From Basidiobolus meristosporus CBS 931.73 (lineage: Eukaryota; Fungi; Basidiobolomycota), in the NCBI GenBank assembly GCA_002104905.1, contig MCFE01000359.1, positions 1 to 64,000 of the forward strand: DNA of 64,000 nt. The letters run 5' to 3'. The first letter of the stretch is position 1. Each line of letters starts with the position of its first letter. The notes under the pieces are model-generated. The model saw only the letters and a program-made list of their open reading frames with translations, searched no databases and was not told where the DNA came from. The position numbers and the translations under genes are program-made. Of the stretch, positions 1 through 11,512 are shown one piece after another.

Positions 1-500
1 CCTGGATATATATCCCTACAGTGCTAATATAAGACTTCTAACACTCTTAATATACTGTGTATAGAAGTTGCTTCCAAAAGCCACTGAAATAGTTATATAT
101 ACAGCTCTTCCAATGTTTCTATTTGTATTGAAACAAACACATATAAACATTGCCTGGAGCATTTATGATGCATTTTGAGTGGCAGATACCTGAGACTATA
201 ATTGATTATGTGAGAGTTCCCATCAGCTGTTGAGACTGCGGTTGATATGGTGGGTTCTGAGTTGATTCCAGCTTTCAGAGCAAATAGCTCTGACATGTAC
301 TCATGCAATGCTCCTGAGTCAATCATGATCTTGGCAGGTACTCTATTGATTACTCCATTCAAGTATAATAGCTTTCCTGAGTTTGAGGTCATCTGGGATA
401 GATATTCTTCTGTCATGTGGAAGGTGAGTTCTGAGTCTTCTCTAAGTTCATCCTCCATGTTACTATGCTCCATGGCCTCAACATGGTTAAAGGTTTTTGA

Positions 501-850
501 TGTTGTAAGAGTCTTGGAGATATTGGAAGTGATTGGGAGAACAGGTAGATTATGTGGTTTTCACTTAATGATTTATTGAATGTAACAGTAGTATTTATAC
601 TTTTACCTGGTCTTGGCATTACAAACACGTAGAATAGGTTAAGGAAGATCCCAAGAACATGTGTGCAAAGTTTGGGGCTGTTTGGACAACTTTGAGAATT
701 TTCATGTTCTGGGTACCTGGTATTTTGGTGAAAATATTCTAAGTAAATCCCAACAAGGAATTTGGTCAGTATTCTCTAGGATTTGAAGGTAATGATCTAA
801 GTGACTAAGTTAGGTGAATATTTAGGTGGAAATACAAATTTTTTGCAACA
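501..850 (-). mobile_element. Solo LTR of the Copia family inserted in Gypsy gag
   Basis: TGTTG...CAACA termini; matches the LTRs at 12479 and 17542. Flanks TTTGA/ATTGA (5-bp TSD, 1 mismatch). The paralogous Gypsy copy near 6030-6070 lacks the insert. Confidence 0.9.
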
Positions 851-1740
851 ATTGATGGCTGGTGTCCATATCTTCTCTGAGGGCAGTACTTTGGAATATG
901 TCCCTGCTGGTCGCAATTGAAGCAAAGTCCTTTCTTCTTACATTCTTCTGAGGTAGGATTCTTCTGTAAAGCGCCTATTTACATTGGAACTGCTTTTGAC
1001 TGTCTTCTTTCATAGTGATTGTAGCCACTCTGATTAGTCATTGTTGGCTTCCCAACTCCAAACATAGCTGAGTCATAGTCAATGGCAATCTTGATGGCTT
1101 CTTCAATAGTCTGAAGTCTTTGATAATTCACTTCCTTACAAGTTCATTCTTCCAACCCATCAATATAGTATTCAACTTGATCCAGAGGGTCCATTCTTTC
1201 AATTTGCCCAAGTGAACATCTATATTCATAGATGTACTCTTGGACCATTCCTTTTTGTCTGAGTGTCTTCAACTTTCTTCTTAGTAGTGTCTGTTGGTGT
1301 GGGGGCTCAAAGGCATCCTGAATTTCCAACACAAACTCATCCCAGGTAGCAATTGTAGAGTATCCCATCATGGTGGCTCACCTGATCTTGTTGTGGTACC
1401 ACTGCAAAGCTGCGTCTGCCAGATAAGAGGCTGCATAATGTGACTTGCTTTCCGGAGCAATTCCCTTAGCCTTGAAAGCTACTTCAATCTGGAAGAGCCA
1501 AGTTCCCAGGTTTTCATTGACTCTGCCATGGTACCAGTTGACCTTCACACTAAAGTTGCTCTTGACAGGGTTTTGCTGGCTTTGGGCCATAGTGGTCATT
1601 CCTTGTTGCTGCTGGCTAAGGATCTGGAGTAACTGTTGCTGCTGGGCCAGGATTTGTTGCATAGTATTCTTCCATTCTTAATTTTTGGACATCTTGAGGG
1701 AGACCTCTTCTTTCTTCAGGAGGGATGTTTCTGGTTATTG

Positions 1741-1750
1741 CTGCTACCAA
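1741..1750 (-). promoter_or_regulatory. Gypsy primer-binding site (TGGTAGCAG, tRNA-iMet 3' end type)
   Basis: The minus strand reads ...TGTAACA-T-TGGTAGCAGC immediately inside the LTR end. TGGTAGCAG is complementary to the 3' end of eukaryotic initiator tRNA-Met. Confidence 0.7.
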
Positions 1751-2593
1751 TGTTACAAGTCTTGGTATAAGAGTTGTAGAGGAATAGGGAGTAGACTTGT
1801 TCCATCATTCCAGCTGATCATAGTGCCCAATAGTGCCATAGCATGCCAGATGGTGCCTGATCATGCCACAGAGTGCCAGATGGTGCCACACAGTGCCAAT
1901 TTGGGATCAAAATTGACATGCATATGACCCTAAAATATCAAATTAATAACAAAATATACAGCACTCTCTGGCACTATGATCAATGGCACAATGGAACAAG
2001 TCTAGTTTAGCAAGATTGTATTCAGTAAAACTTGAACTGATCTTTATTGAGATTCCAGCAGCTCCTTATATACATTTTGTCAGATCATTTGCTGACTAAT
2101 TGTATTTCCTAATGTAGGCTGTGGCTGATGACTCATTTGATTGCATCATCATCACCCAATAAGATCCTACCTAATATATCTATTTCTGTCTGATAAGGAT
2201 TTGCTGATTCATTTGCTGACTAATGTTACTGATTTGATAGATAATACTGATATACTGATAACCTTGATAAATAGCTAGTTGATTTGACTAAAAACTGATC
2301 TAACTTAAATATTCAAGTGGCAAATCATAACACTATTGCATTGTATGGATATGCACACACCACTAAGCTTACCTGGTTTCATCCATTGGCTAATAGGGAA
2401 AGCTTCAATCCAGAAGGAAGCCTGTTGCAGTTGGCAAAGTGATTTGGGTATAAGGAGCTTAGCACAAAACAGTAATAATAGTTGAGCTGTTGCTTATTCC
2501 TAAAGAAGCTGAGTATTTATATCTTTGTAGAAGTAATACAACTGTAATACTAAGTATGGTGGGCTTCTCAGCATTAAGGAACATTTTGTAACA
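1751..2593 (-). mobile_element. Probable 5' LTR of the Gypsy element (contains a MITE)
   Basis: TGTTACA at 1751 and TGTAACA ending at 2593 form inverted termini, adjacent to the PBS. No second copy in the window confirms the far boundary. Confidence 0.6.
1793..2003. mobile_element. 211-bp MITE, PIF/Harbinger-like
   Basis: 13-bp perfect TIR AGACTTGTTCCAT/ATGGAACAAGTCT, 3-bp TSD AGT on both sides, and eight TGCC motifs at exact 10-bp spacing (1821-1900). Confidence 0.85.
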
Positions 2594-3034
2594 GTTTTGG
2601 GGTTAGTGCACATTGTTTTGTAAAAGTGCTAAATTGATCTTGACTATAGGGGAATAAGCACAGGATCATAGATCTGAAGAAAGTGGTAAAGTAAGGGCTA
2701 TGACTTAGTCTAACAATCACCAAGACTAGTCCATAATTGTGAAGTAAATATCTTAGCTGCTGAATGAAGCCAAATAGTTCAATATTTCAACAGAGCTGTC
2801 TTAAGCTGAAGCTGGTTGAGATTGGCCCATGTAGTGTTACTTGCCATGGGGGTTGCTAAGGACTAGTAGTTTTATGCCTGATGAGTTGAATATGTAAATG
2901 TTATAGTGTGACTAACTCAGTGTTTCCATCTGAGGAAAATTGTTCAATATAACTTTAACATTAGAGACATTGCTTAATCTTTAGAGAGCAGATCCCCCAT
3001 CTATATCAACATTGGTACTTGGCTGGCACATACT

Positions 3035-3900
3035 TGACTTGCTCTGTTAAATAATGTCACATAGTACCTACCTATTTAGAGTACCAGATAAGTCTGGCAC
3101 TCTAATATTACATTTTGCCTGCAGTAGGATACAATTACTAGTAATTTTATGCAATCTTATTTTCAATGCTCCAAATAGAGCTTTTCTTTATTTACTTTTC
3201 AAATTGATCCAGACACATTTCTCTCAGTTCATGTTTCCTTTTACAAATATAATGGGTATTGATAAGTTTCCATAATTTTATATCTATACTGATGATTTCC
3301 TATATATATGAATTTCCTCCTTATTTACCTGCCAATATGCAAAATATATTGATATATCCAAATGTTTGCTTTACTCTTACTCTTACATGATGGAATACCT
3401 CATTCTAGAGTCTTTGCTTCCTGCTATGTATACCATTCCTTGGCCCCCTATAGGCTTTAATACTTCCTTATCTCTGACAATCCACTCCCATATTAGCCAA
3501 GTGTGCCATACATTTTCCCCTCTACCAAATTATGAATAATCCTGTACCCATAGTGCTGTCATGGCTACTTCCAGCAAATGGCCCACTGAACCAGGTAATG
3601 TTACCCTCCATGTCAGATAGTGCCTGAAATTTCACACACTATGCCTTACATTTGCCAGAGTGAAAGCACCTTTGCCCATTAGAAGGTCTGTTAATCCCAA
3701 CTGGGAAGGTATCCAAAATACTCTAATATGGAACTTGTTTCTGAGCACTCTAGGATATGTATGTGTATTGGAGCTTATAAACCTAGTATCAAACCTAGCA
3801 CTCCAAGCTTGTGCTAGGTCATCCATACCCTCTGAAAGGTGGTACTGTACTGCTGTCAGCTGGGAAGGTAAGTTTCTAGGACTCTTGTAGCCATGGATAA
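3035..3900 (-). pseudogene. Decayed PIF/Harbinger-type (DDE_Tnp_4) transposase with one remnant TIR
   Basis: Manual minus-strand translation across stops and frameshifts gives QLTAVQYHLSEGMDDLAQAWS (HTH-like), ILDTFPVGINRPSNGQRCFHSGKCKA*CVKFQALSDMEGNITWFSGPFAGSSHD, and RVRVKQTFGYINIFCIL. Bases 3035-3068 match the foldback TIR at ~25/34 and are preceded by ACT. Confidence 0.75.
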
Positions 3901-4099
3901 TGAATTGAGACCTTGTAGGGCAATAGCTCTGGTGAAAGTGTTACAAGTCTTGTTAGATCATAACAATAGCAAAAAAGTTTAAAAAGAGATCTCCTCAAGT
4001 AGATTGGGGTTAATGGTCCTCAGTGCTTGGTATAGAGCTCTTCCAATGTGTCAAAAGGAAATTCAGGAGTAGTAATGGGGCTGATAAGAAAGTACCATT

Positions 4100-4500
4100 C
4101 AAATGAGTACATCATATTAGGATATTTTGGTGATAATGCAGATATGATTTGAAACAACTTGGAACATTCAGGCTAGTTTATCTGATTTGCCTTGCATTGT
4201 AATTAAATCTCCATGAATTGGCATGTATCCCATCATTATTTTACAAAGATCATCTGCAAACAGTGACTTGCTGATTTTATCAATTATTAAGTCACAAGTC
4301 TATAATCACATAGGAAATCTGTAACTGATGTGATCTGATCTGTGTCAATGCATTCCAAGATGCATCATGTGTAATATATGGCAAATTTGAAAATCACGTC
4401 AGTTTTTGTACATAATTCATATAAGACCAGGTTGATGCCCATATGCTGCTGTATAGGTATCCAAATCTGTCACCATGGTCTCTATGACAAGTCTCAACTC
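4100..4500 (-). pseudogene. Possible non-LTR (LINE) reverse transcriptase fragment
   Basis: Only the motif KISKSLFADDL (FADD at 4249-4260) is recognisable. Confidence 0.35.
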
Positions 4501-5169
4501 ATCATTAGTATAACCCAGATATTATTCATCCTCTTACTCACTAGTGCAGTCTGGACTAGAAATGGCAAGGTCAGAGCCATTTGAGTTCCTGCAAAATGAC
4601 TCTAGTCAGGCACAAGTGTCTATGATGAGCCTTAATACAAATATTTGCACATTACTCATTGATCTAGTAGAACTGGATACCTCATAGAGCTGACAGATAT
4701 GGAAGAATTTGAGTAAAAAGCTATGGCATAGGCTTAACATCAAGATGCCAGCAGATGTATGTACAAAGATATGTAACAACACTGAAATTGAGAGTGCACT
4801 GAGAGTTAGGGGATTTGGTGAGAAAGTAGCATGCAAGCTATTCCCTGTGCAATTTGCACATTACAAATTGGAGGTGTCCACTTGTGCCTCAGCTTTTGGT
4901 GCCACAGAAGCTTTGAATGAATATTTGCTGTAAATAACCAATGTACAGTCTGATATATTAGTAGAGCTATCTGGCTTCTGAAAGCAGTTAACACAGCACA
5001 TTTGAAGGAAATAGTTCCAGATTATAGGAGAGAGGGTAATCAAATACCTTGAGGAATCAGAAGATAAGCTTCAACAGGAAGAATACAGACTATTGGCAAC
5101 TTTGCACAGAATGCACAGCACACCTTGCTGGATTCCTTACCATCCCTTGCAGCACCAACATGCTGGGGC

Positions 5170-6900
5170 ATGTCAGTCCTGTGTTTCATAGGAAGCACTT
5201 GTGCTCCCCATGGTGACCAGCTAGGCCTGGCTTATCCCTGCCTAAATAGTTGTCTCTGCATCACTTTGAATTCCACTGAACTCATCCTCTAAGGTGTCTT
5301 GTACACTGAAGGGCTCTCTCCTGTGTCAAAGGCATGATATATATCAATGACTGGTGGTAGGCTTACAGGTTTATCTGGAAGCATGTTTAAGTATTCCTTT
5401 AGAGGAGTCTGGACATTCAGGGGAACTGAATTAGAGAAATCATCCTGTAACACTGTCATGAGAAGCATCTGTGTACCTTTCCTAAGTGCTCTATAGAGCT
5501 ATGTTATGCTAGGCTCACTTGTGTCCATCACACTGGAACTGACAAAGTTGAAGTCCAGTCTAGCAGGTAGTAGCTCATAGGTCTGATTGTCTTTTGAATC
5601 TGAATTGTATAGGTTCTCTAATTGCTTGATGAATATAGTTGAATTGCCATACTTCTTAAAGCACCAGGTCAACTTTACAGTTTTGAAATATGTAGGGCTT
5701 TGGACCTTCTTCATTGGCATTGGCTTCATTCTTACTGGCTGTGTAATACAGTTGATTATGTTAGAGTTCCCATAAGTTGTTAAAACTGAAGTTAATTTGG
5801 CATGTTTCAAGTTGATTCCAGCTTCCAATGCAAATGGTTTGGATATGTACTTGTGTGATGCTCCTGAGTCTATCAAGCTCTTGGCTGGTACAAATTGATT
5901 ACTCCATTTAGGTGTAACAGCTTTCCTGAGTATGTGGGCATTTGTGATAAGTTCTCTTCTGTCATATGGAAGGTGAGTTCTGAGTCTTCTTCAAGTTCAT
6001 TCTCCACTTCACTATGTTCTTGTGCCTCAATGTGGTTGAGGATTCTTGTTGACTGCTGACTATTTCTTCTCTAAGGGCAGTATGTTGAGATATGCCCATA
6101 CTGATGGCAATTGAAACAAAGTCCTTTCTTCTTGCATTCTTCTGTAGTGGGCTTCTTCTGCATAGTGTCTAAATCCATTAGCATTGCTTCTGATTGTCAT
6201 CTATCATGGTGATTGCAGCTTTTCTGATTAGTCATTGTAGGCCTTCCAACTCCAAGCATAGCTGAGTTATTGTCACTGACAATCTTGATGACTTCTTTAA
6301 TAGTCTAGGTTCTGTGAAAACTCACTTCTTTGTAAGTTATTTTGTTCAACTCATCAATAAAGTTTTCAACTTGATCAAGGGAGTCAATACTTTCAATCTG
6401 TCCAAGTAGATATCATTACTCATGGATGTATTTCTTGACCATTAATTTTTTAGTTGGTGCCTTCAGCATCTGCCTTATCAGCACCTGTTGATGTGATGGC
6501 TCAAAAGCATCCTAAATTTCTAAGACAAACTCATCCCAGCCAGAGGTAATTGAGCATTTCATCATAGTGGCTGTCTTAATCATGTTGTTGAGCAACTTTA
6601 TGGCTGCATTTCCCAAATAAGAAGCTGCATATTGCAAGCTGCTTTCTGGGCAATTCCTTTAGCATTAAGGGCTTCTTTAGTTTGAAAGAGCCAAGTTCTC
6701 AGGCTTTCATATTTGCCTTGGTACTTGGAAAAGAAATGGCAATTCAATTTGTCTTTCAGTTGGTAACCCATGCCACTTGGTTCTAAAAAGGCCACCAGAT
6801 TCAATAGCTACTACCTTCTAGATTGGATTTCAGCTTGGTCAAATCCAGTGTGATGGACACAAGTGAGCTTAGCAAAGCACAGTTCTGTAGAGCACTCAGG
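5170..6900 (-). mobile_element. Second degenerate Ty3/Gypsy fragment (gag, protease, start of RT)
   Basis: Paralogous to 1-1660. Protease MIDSGAS (ORF 5499-5876). RT N-terminus LPP..HAFDTGESP...RMSSVEFK...RPSWSPWGAQVL at ~5180-5390. Gag remnants at 6100-6800. Confidence 0.8.
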
Positions 6901-8258
6901 AAAGGCAGCCAGATATTTCTCCTGGCAGTGTTATAAGATGATTCCTCTACTCCAGCTCCCCTGAAAGCAGCTGAAGAGTAGCTGGACAACAGCTTGCTTT
7001 GACTTTCTGTACAACAAGCAGGGCTATAACCAGAAAGATGCCCATGTGGAAAGTGTACCTACTGAAAGAAATAATGCAGACTCCTCAGGTTCTCAGTCAA
7101 GTTGGCAGTTTGGAGTCTCTGTGGAGCCTCAAGCTGACCATAATGCTGAAACAGATCAGGATGTAGCAAGCAGTACCTTCAGTTTAAGGCCAGGCAAGTG
7201 GCTGGCATAACACCACTATTACCCATGTGAGGAAGTATGTTGTCAGCTTGTACCCAAGTGTTAATGATGCAATTAGGTGAAGTAGCTGATAGGCTAGATG
7301 CAATGGTCCAGAAAAATCAGGAAATTGTCCCAAAACAGGATGCGTTGATAAAAGGTGTAGAGCAATCAATATCCTAGGTAGAGAAAGCAGTATATTTGCT
7401 GCAAAGAACAATCTCAAGTAGCTCAATGTCACAGCCAAGAATTGATCCATTTCCTGATGTAACAGCAGAGGAACACCATGCAGTTTTGGAAGCACAGCAA
7501 CAATGACCAAAGATAACGCCCACAGAAAAACTTATCACAGCATGGGAGGGATAAAGTGTAGTGTTTATACCAAAGCCTAAAAATAAAAGATATTGAAGCT
7601 CTATGAAGCCATCAAATGCAATAATGAAATGTAGACTAATATTGAAGAGGCTTTTGGAGGTATAGCACACCAATACCTTAAGGTTGCCACACCATGGGAC
7701 CACCAGGAACTTAAGGCCAAGCAGAATGCGCTTGACTTGTTTCATGGGCATTATCTGGATTCAAACAAGCAAGCAGATTATGGGCCAGCATTGGTATGCA
7801 AGGAAATTATGTCAAAAATAGAAGCAACTATCAAAGGCAGAAGAACAGGGGTGCAACAGCTAAAAACTAGCAGCTTCCTCAAAATCCTGCTAAAAGCAAG
7901 GCCACAAGCTCCAACATGCAGCAAAGAGACATCAGGTAGCTGGAAGAGTGCCAATAAGGGAAAAGCAGGCAGACACATATGCACTAGCACAACATTTACC
8001 TAGGAAAAAGCATAGTTGAACTCAAGAAGCACTCAGTAATAGTAGCAGTGATAACAACAAGCATCTACCTCAGGAGCCTGTAACAACATGGGCTGAGAGC
8101 CCAAAACAAGCAGGAAAGAGGCATCAGGATGCCTGCAGAGTGCCAGCAAGGGACAAGCAGGTCAAAGCAGATGCATCAGGCAGCAGTTACAAAGGAGAAA
8201 TGTAACCCAATACAAGAGGCACTTAGTCAAAGTAGCAGTGAAAGACCTGGCAGTGATA

Positions 8259-11213
8259 AAGTACCAGAAGCAAGAACAAAGTGCCTTTAACTGCATTTGC
8301 CTTAATGTTAAGGACAAATTGCTAATCCAGTACTCAAGAGCAAAAACAGCAAAGAATGCCTGGAAGGCATTAGAAGACACCTACCAGTCATGTTCAGCTG
8401 CTAAGAAAATGAATCTGAGATGAAAATTCATTACTACAAATATAATGCCAGGAGAAGAAATGAAAATTCTAATTAACAGAATTACCCTGCTGGTAGATGA
8501 AATGGAATCTGTGGGCGTACCAACTACTGATGAGGATGTGATATTTACCATCCTGAATAGCCAGACAGACAGGTTTCAGGGCCTTGTATCAGCCCTAGAG
8601 TCCAGAACTGAAGATTTGACTTTAAATTATGTATATGGAAGGCTCCTGAATGAAAATTAAGAAAATCAAGTGGCAATAAGAAGGAAGAAGAATATGCTTT
8701 AATAAGCAATGATAACCAACAAAGGAGGTACCCAAGACCGTACAAAGGCAACAGCAACCTGTTTTGTAACTACTGCAAAAGGAAAGGACTCACATCAGAC
8801 CGGTGCTTCAAAGAGAAAGATAGTCTGCAGAAAAGCCTGAATATGGAAATGCTGCAACAACAGAAGATAGACTATTCATATCTGCACTAAATATGACCCC
8901 AAACAAGTATTCTCAGACGTGGTATATCAGACTTGTTCTGTTTTATAGTGCCACATTGAGCCATGAGTGCCAAATGATGCCATAGTGTGCCAGGGAGGCT
9001 AAGTGAACCTATACTTGGCCACAGAGTGTGAAACATAGATCTGCATCTTCATGCAAAGCAGCCCCTGTATTTCACCAATGGTGTTGGAGAAAATTCATTT
9101 TTTGACCTTTTTTTAATGTCAATGTTGTGCAGGATGTGTAAGAGCACAAAAAGATTGAAAATATGCATTTGGTACTTGATACCCATGGCACTCTGAATCT
9201 TGCTCCTGTGGCTTGTAACATGTCACAACAATGCATGGCACTATCTTGGTCCACTGGTACTATCTGGCACTATAACTGCTTTGTATTGATCTTACTTCAG
9301 GGCTAATATTTAAATATAGTGCCAGATAGTACCAGTGGACCAAGATAGTGCCATACATTGTTGTGACATGCTACAAGCCACAGGAGCTAGATTCAGAGTG
9401 CCATGGGTATTGAGAACCTGATGCATGTCTTCAGTTCTTCTGTGCTCTTACACATCCTGCACAACATTGATCCACAAAATATCATCAAAAAATGGATTTT
9501 TTCCTGCATCACAGGTGAAACAGAGGGGCTGCTTTGCATGAAGATGCAGATCTATGTTTCACACTCTGTGGCCAAGTATAGGCTCACTTGGCCTCTCTGG
9601 CACACTATGGCACCATTTGGCACTCATGGCTCAATGTGGCACTATCCAACAGAACAAGTCTATTGACTCTGGAGTATCTCAACACTTGACATACCAAAAA
9701 GAGCATTTTATCCAATATCAAGAAATTTCAATTAAGAATATTTCATGGGTGACAATAGAACACTTGATGCAGTGGGAGAAGAAACTATCCAAGTAAACCT
9801 TAGAAGCAGTAAAGGAAGCCATACACTGACCTTCAAAGAAGTACTCTATGTACCAGAAATAGCCAAGAACCTTCTATCTGTCAGCAAGGCCATTGCAGAA
9901 GGACTCAGTTTCATCTTTAACAATTCTGGATGCAGGATCACTGATCAAAATGGTGCCCGTATTGCTTTGGGTATCAGAGATCAGAATCTATACAAGTTGA
10001 ATTATATTCCATCATATTTGGAAGCCAATATAAGTAGCTCAAATGAAGAAACACCAATGCTTTGGCACAGGAGATTTGGGCATATTAATTTTGATTAATT
10101 GTGCAAAATGATCAAAGATCAGCTGATTTCTAGAGTAAAAATTGATCCCCCAGGTAATTTGGAGCATTTTGAAGCCTCCATACATGGGACACAAGCCAGA
10201 AAACTATTCAAGAGCCCTGGGCTGATAAAAACTAAGAAAAAATTAGATCTAATTCACTCAGATCTGTGTGGACTTGTGCAAAATTTATCCTTAGGTGGGA
10301 TGAAGCATTACATCACTTTTATTGTTGATTATACAAGATACACATGGGTCTACTTCATGGAGAGAAAGGAAGAAGCTCTGACTAAGTTCAGGGAGTTCAA
10401 TGCCATGGTGGAGAGAGAAACTGGTGAAAAACCAAGAAAATATGCTTTGACAATAGCAGAAAATATATCTCAAAACTCTTCATCTACTTCTGAAAAATTC
10501 ATGGGATAAAGCAAGAGACTAATGTACCATACTCCCCACAGCAAAATGGAGTATCACAATCTGCTAACAGACCAATAATTGATATGGCAAGATCTATGAT
10601 CTATGATCAAAATTATCCCATATTTTAGGGCGGAATCAGTTGCCACTGCTGTATATCTTAAAAATAGGAGTTATAGCAGAATACTTTATGATTCTTCTCC
10701 ATTTGAAGCATGGTATGACTACAGACCAAGTGCAGAACATCTAAGAATATTTGGGTGTTCAGCATATGCCAAGAAACTGACCAGAAATCAGTCAAAATTT
10801 GAGCTAAAAGGTTTAAAATGCATATTTTAGAGTTACTGCACTCAGAGTAAAGCATACAGACTCTACAATATCAAAGTAAAGGAACTGATCAAGTCCAGGG
10901 ATGGTCTGATTGATGAAAACTCAAAATTTTCACAAGAAATGATATCAGATGATAACCAAAATCTGATCTAAAGTCCACCAATTGTCAGGATTGAATCAGA
11001 GCAAAACAATGTAAGTTTTTTCACCCCAGAAGACTCTACAACAGTGGTTCAGCCAAAATTAGCGCCCAGGAAAATCCCAGAAGTGATCATTCCAATATCA
11101 AGTGCCTAGAGATCCAATTGGACAAGAAATAGCCCAAATTGCTATATCAATGAGGGTATAAACTTAGCCTATGCCTATTCAGTCCATATTGATGAACCCT
11201 AGACTGTAAAAGA
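8259..11213 (+). mobile_element. Truncated Ty1/Copia element A (gag, CCHC, protease, integrase), interrupted by a foldback element
   Basis: Gag ORFs 8238-8660; knuckle FCNYCKRKGLTSDRC at ~8760-8810; GAG-pre-integrase LWHRRFGH; integrase LDLIHSDLCG..HYITFIVDYTRYTWVYF (10099-10509). Ends at a reversed LTR before RT. Confidence 0.9.
8929..9661. mobile_element. 733-bp foldback (hairpin) element, copy 1
   Basis: Arms 8929-9274 and 9315-9661 are reverse complements around a 40-bp spacer. Ends AGACTTGTTC/GAACAAGTCT. TSD ATC/ATT. It splits the Copia protease motif WFIDSG. Confidence 0.95.
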
Positions 11214-11512
11214 TGTTGTAAGAGTCTTAGAGATATTGGAAGTGATTGGGAGAACAGGTAGATTATGTGGTTTTCACTTAAAGATTTATTGAATGTAAAT
11301 GTAGTATTTATACTTTACCTGGTCCTGGCATTATAAACATGTAGAATAGGTTAAGGAAGGTCCTATGACCATGTGTGCAAAGTTTGGGGCTGTTTGGACA
11401 ACTTTGAGAATTTTCATGTTCTGGGTACCTGGTATTTTGGTGAAAATATTCTAAGTAAATCCCAACAAGGAATTTTGGTCAATATTCTCTAGGATTTGAG
11501 GGTAATGATCTT
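11214..11512 (-). mobile_element. Truncated Copia LTR
   Basis: Starts TGTTGTAAGAGTC like the other LTRs, stops ~40 bp short, and is fused directly to Copia gag-protease junction sequence. Confidence 0.85.

Larger units (their letters stand above)
1..1750 (-). mobile_element. Degenerate Ty3/Gypsy LTR retrotransposon, internal region (gag, CCHC knuckle, aspartic protease); runs off the left edge
   Basis: Gag-like ORFs 1378-1662 and 1144-1371 (WDEFVLEIQDAFEP...LRQKGMVQEY). Zinc knuckle CFNCDQQGHIPKYC read on the minus strand at ~880-930. Protease motif MIDSGA in ORF 93-473. Stops and frameshifts throughout. Confidence 0.85.

Noticed and set aside
1821-1900. Regular 10-bp periodic array as a CRISPR or satellite
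   Set aside because: Only a 4-bp core is constant, there are no spacers or cas genes, the context is eukaryotic, and it lies inside a TIR element.
3632-3826. ORF resembling a DIRS methylase segment (YPRVLRNK..FWIPSQ)
   Set aside because: An alternative frame gives a much longer run of Harbinger DDE motifs; the resemblance is probably chance.
3940-3953. TGTTACAAGTCTTG as the second Harbinger TIR or a Gypsy LTR start
   Set aside because: Only 8-14 bp match, similarity does not extend, and there is no ANT TSD.
4560-5100. Plus-strand broken ORFs (4709-4933)
   Set aside because: Probably TE-derived, but I could not assign a family.
9072-9796. Short ORFs inside the foldback elements (also 15803-16213)
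   Set aside because: They arise from palindromic non-coding sequence, differ between the copies and have no protein motifs.
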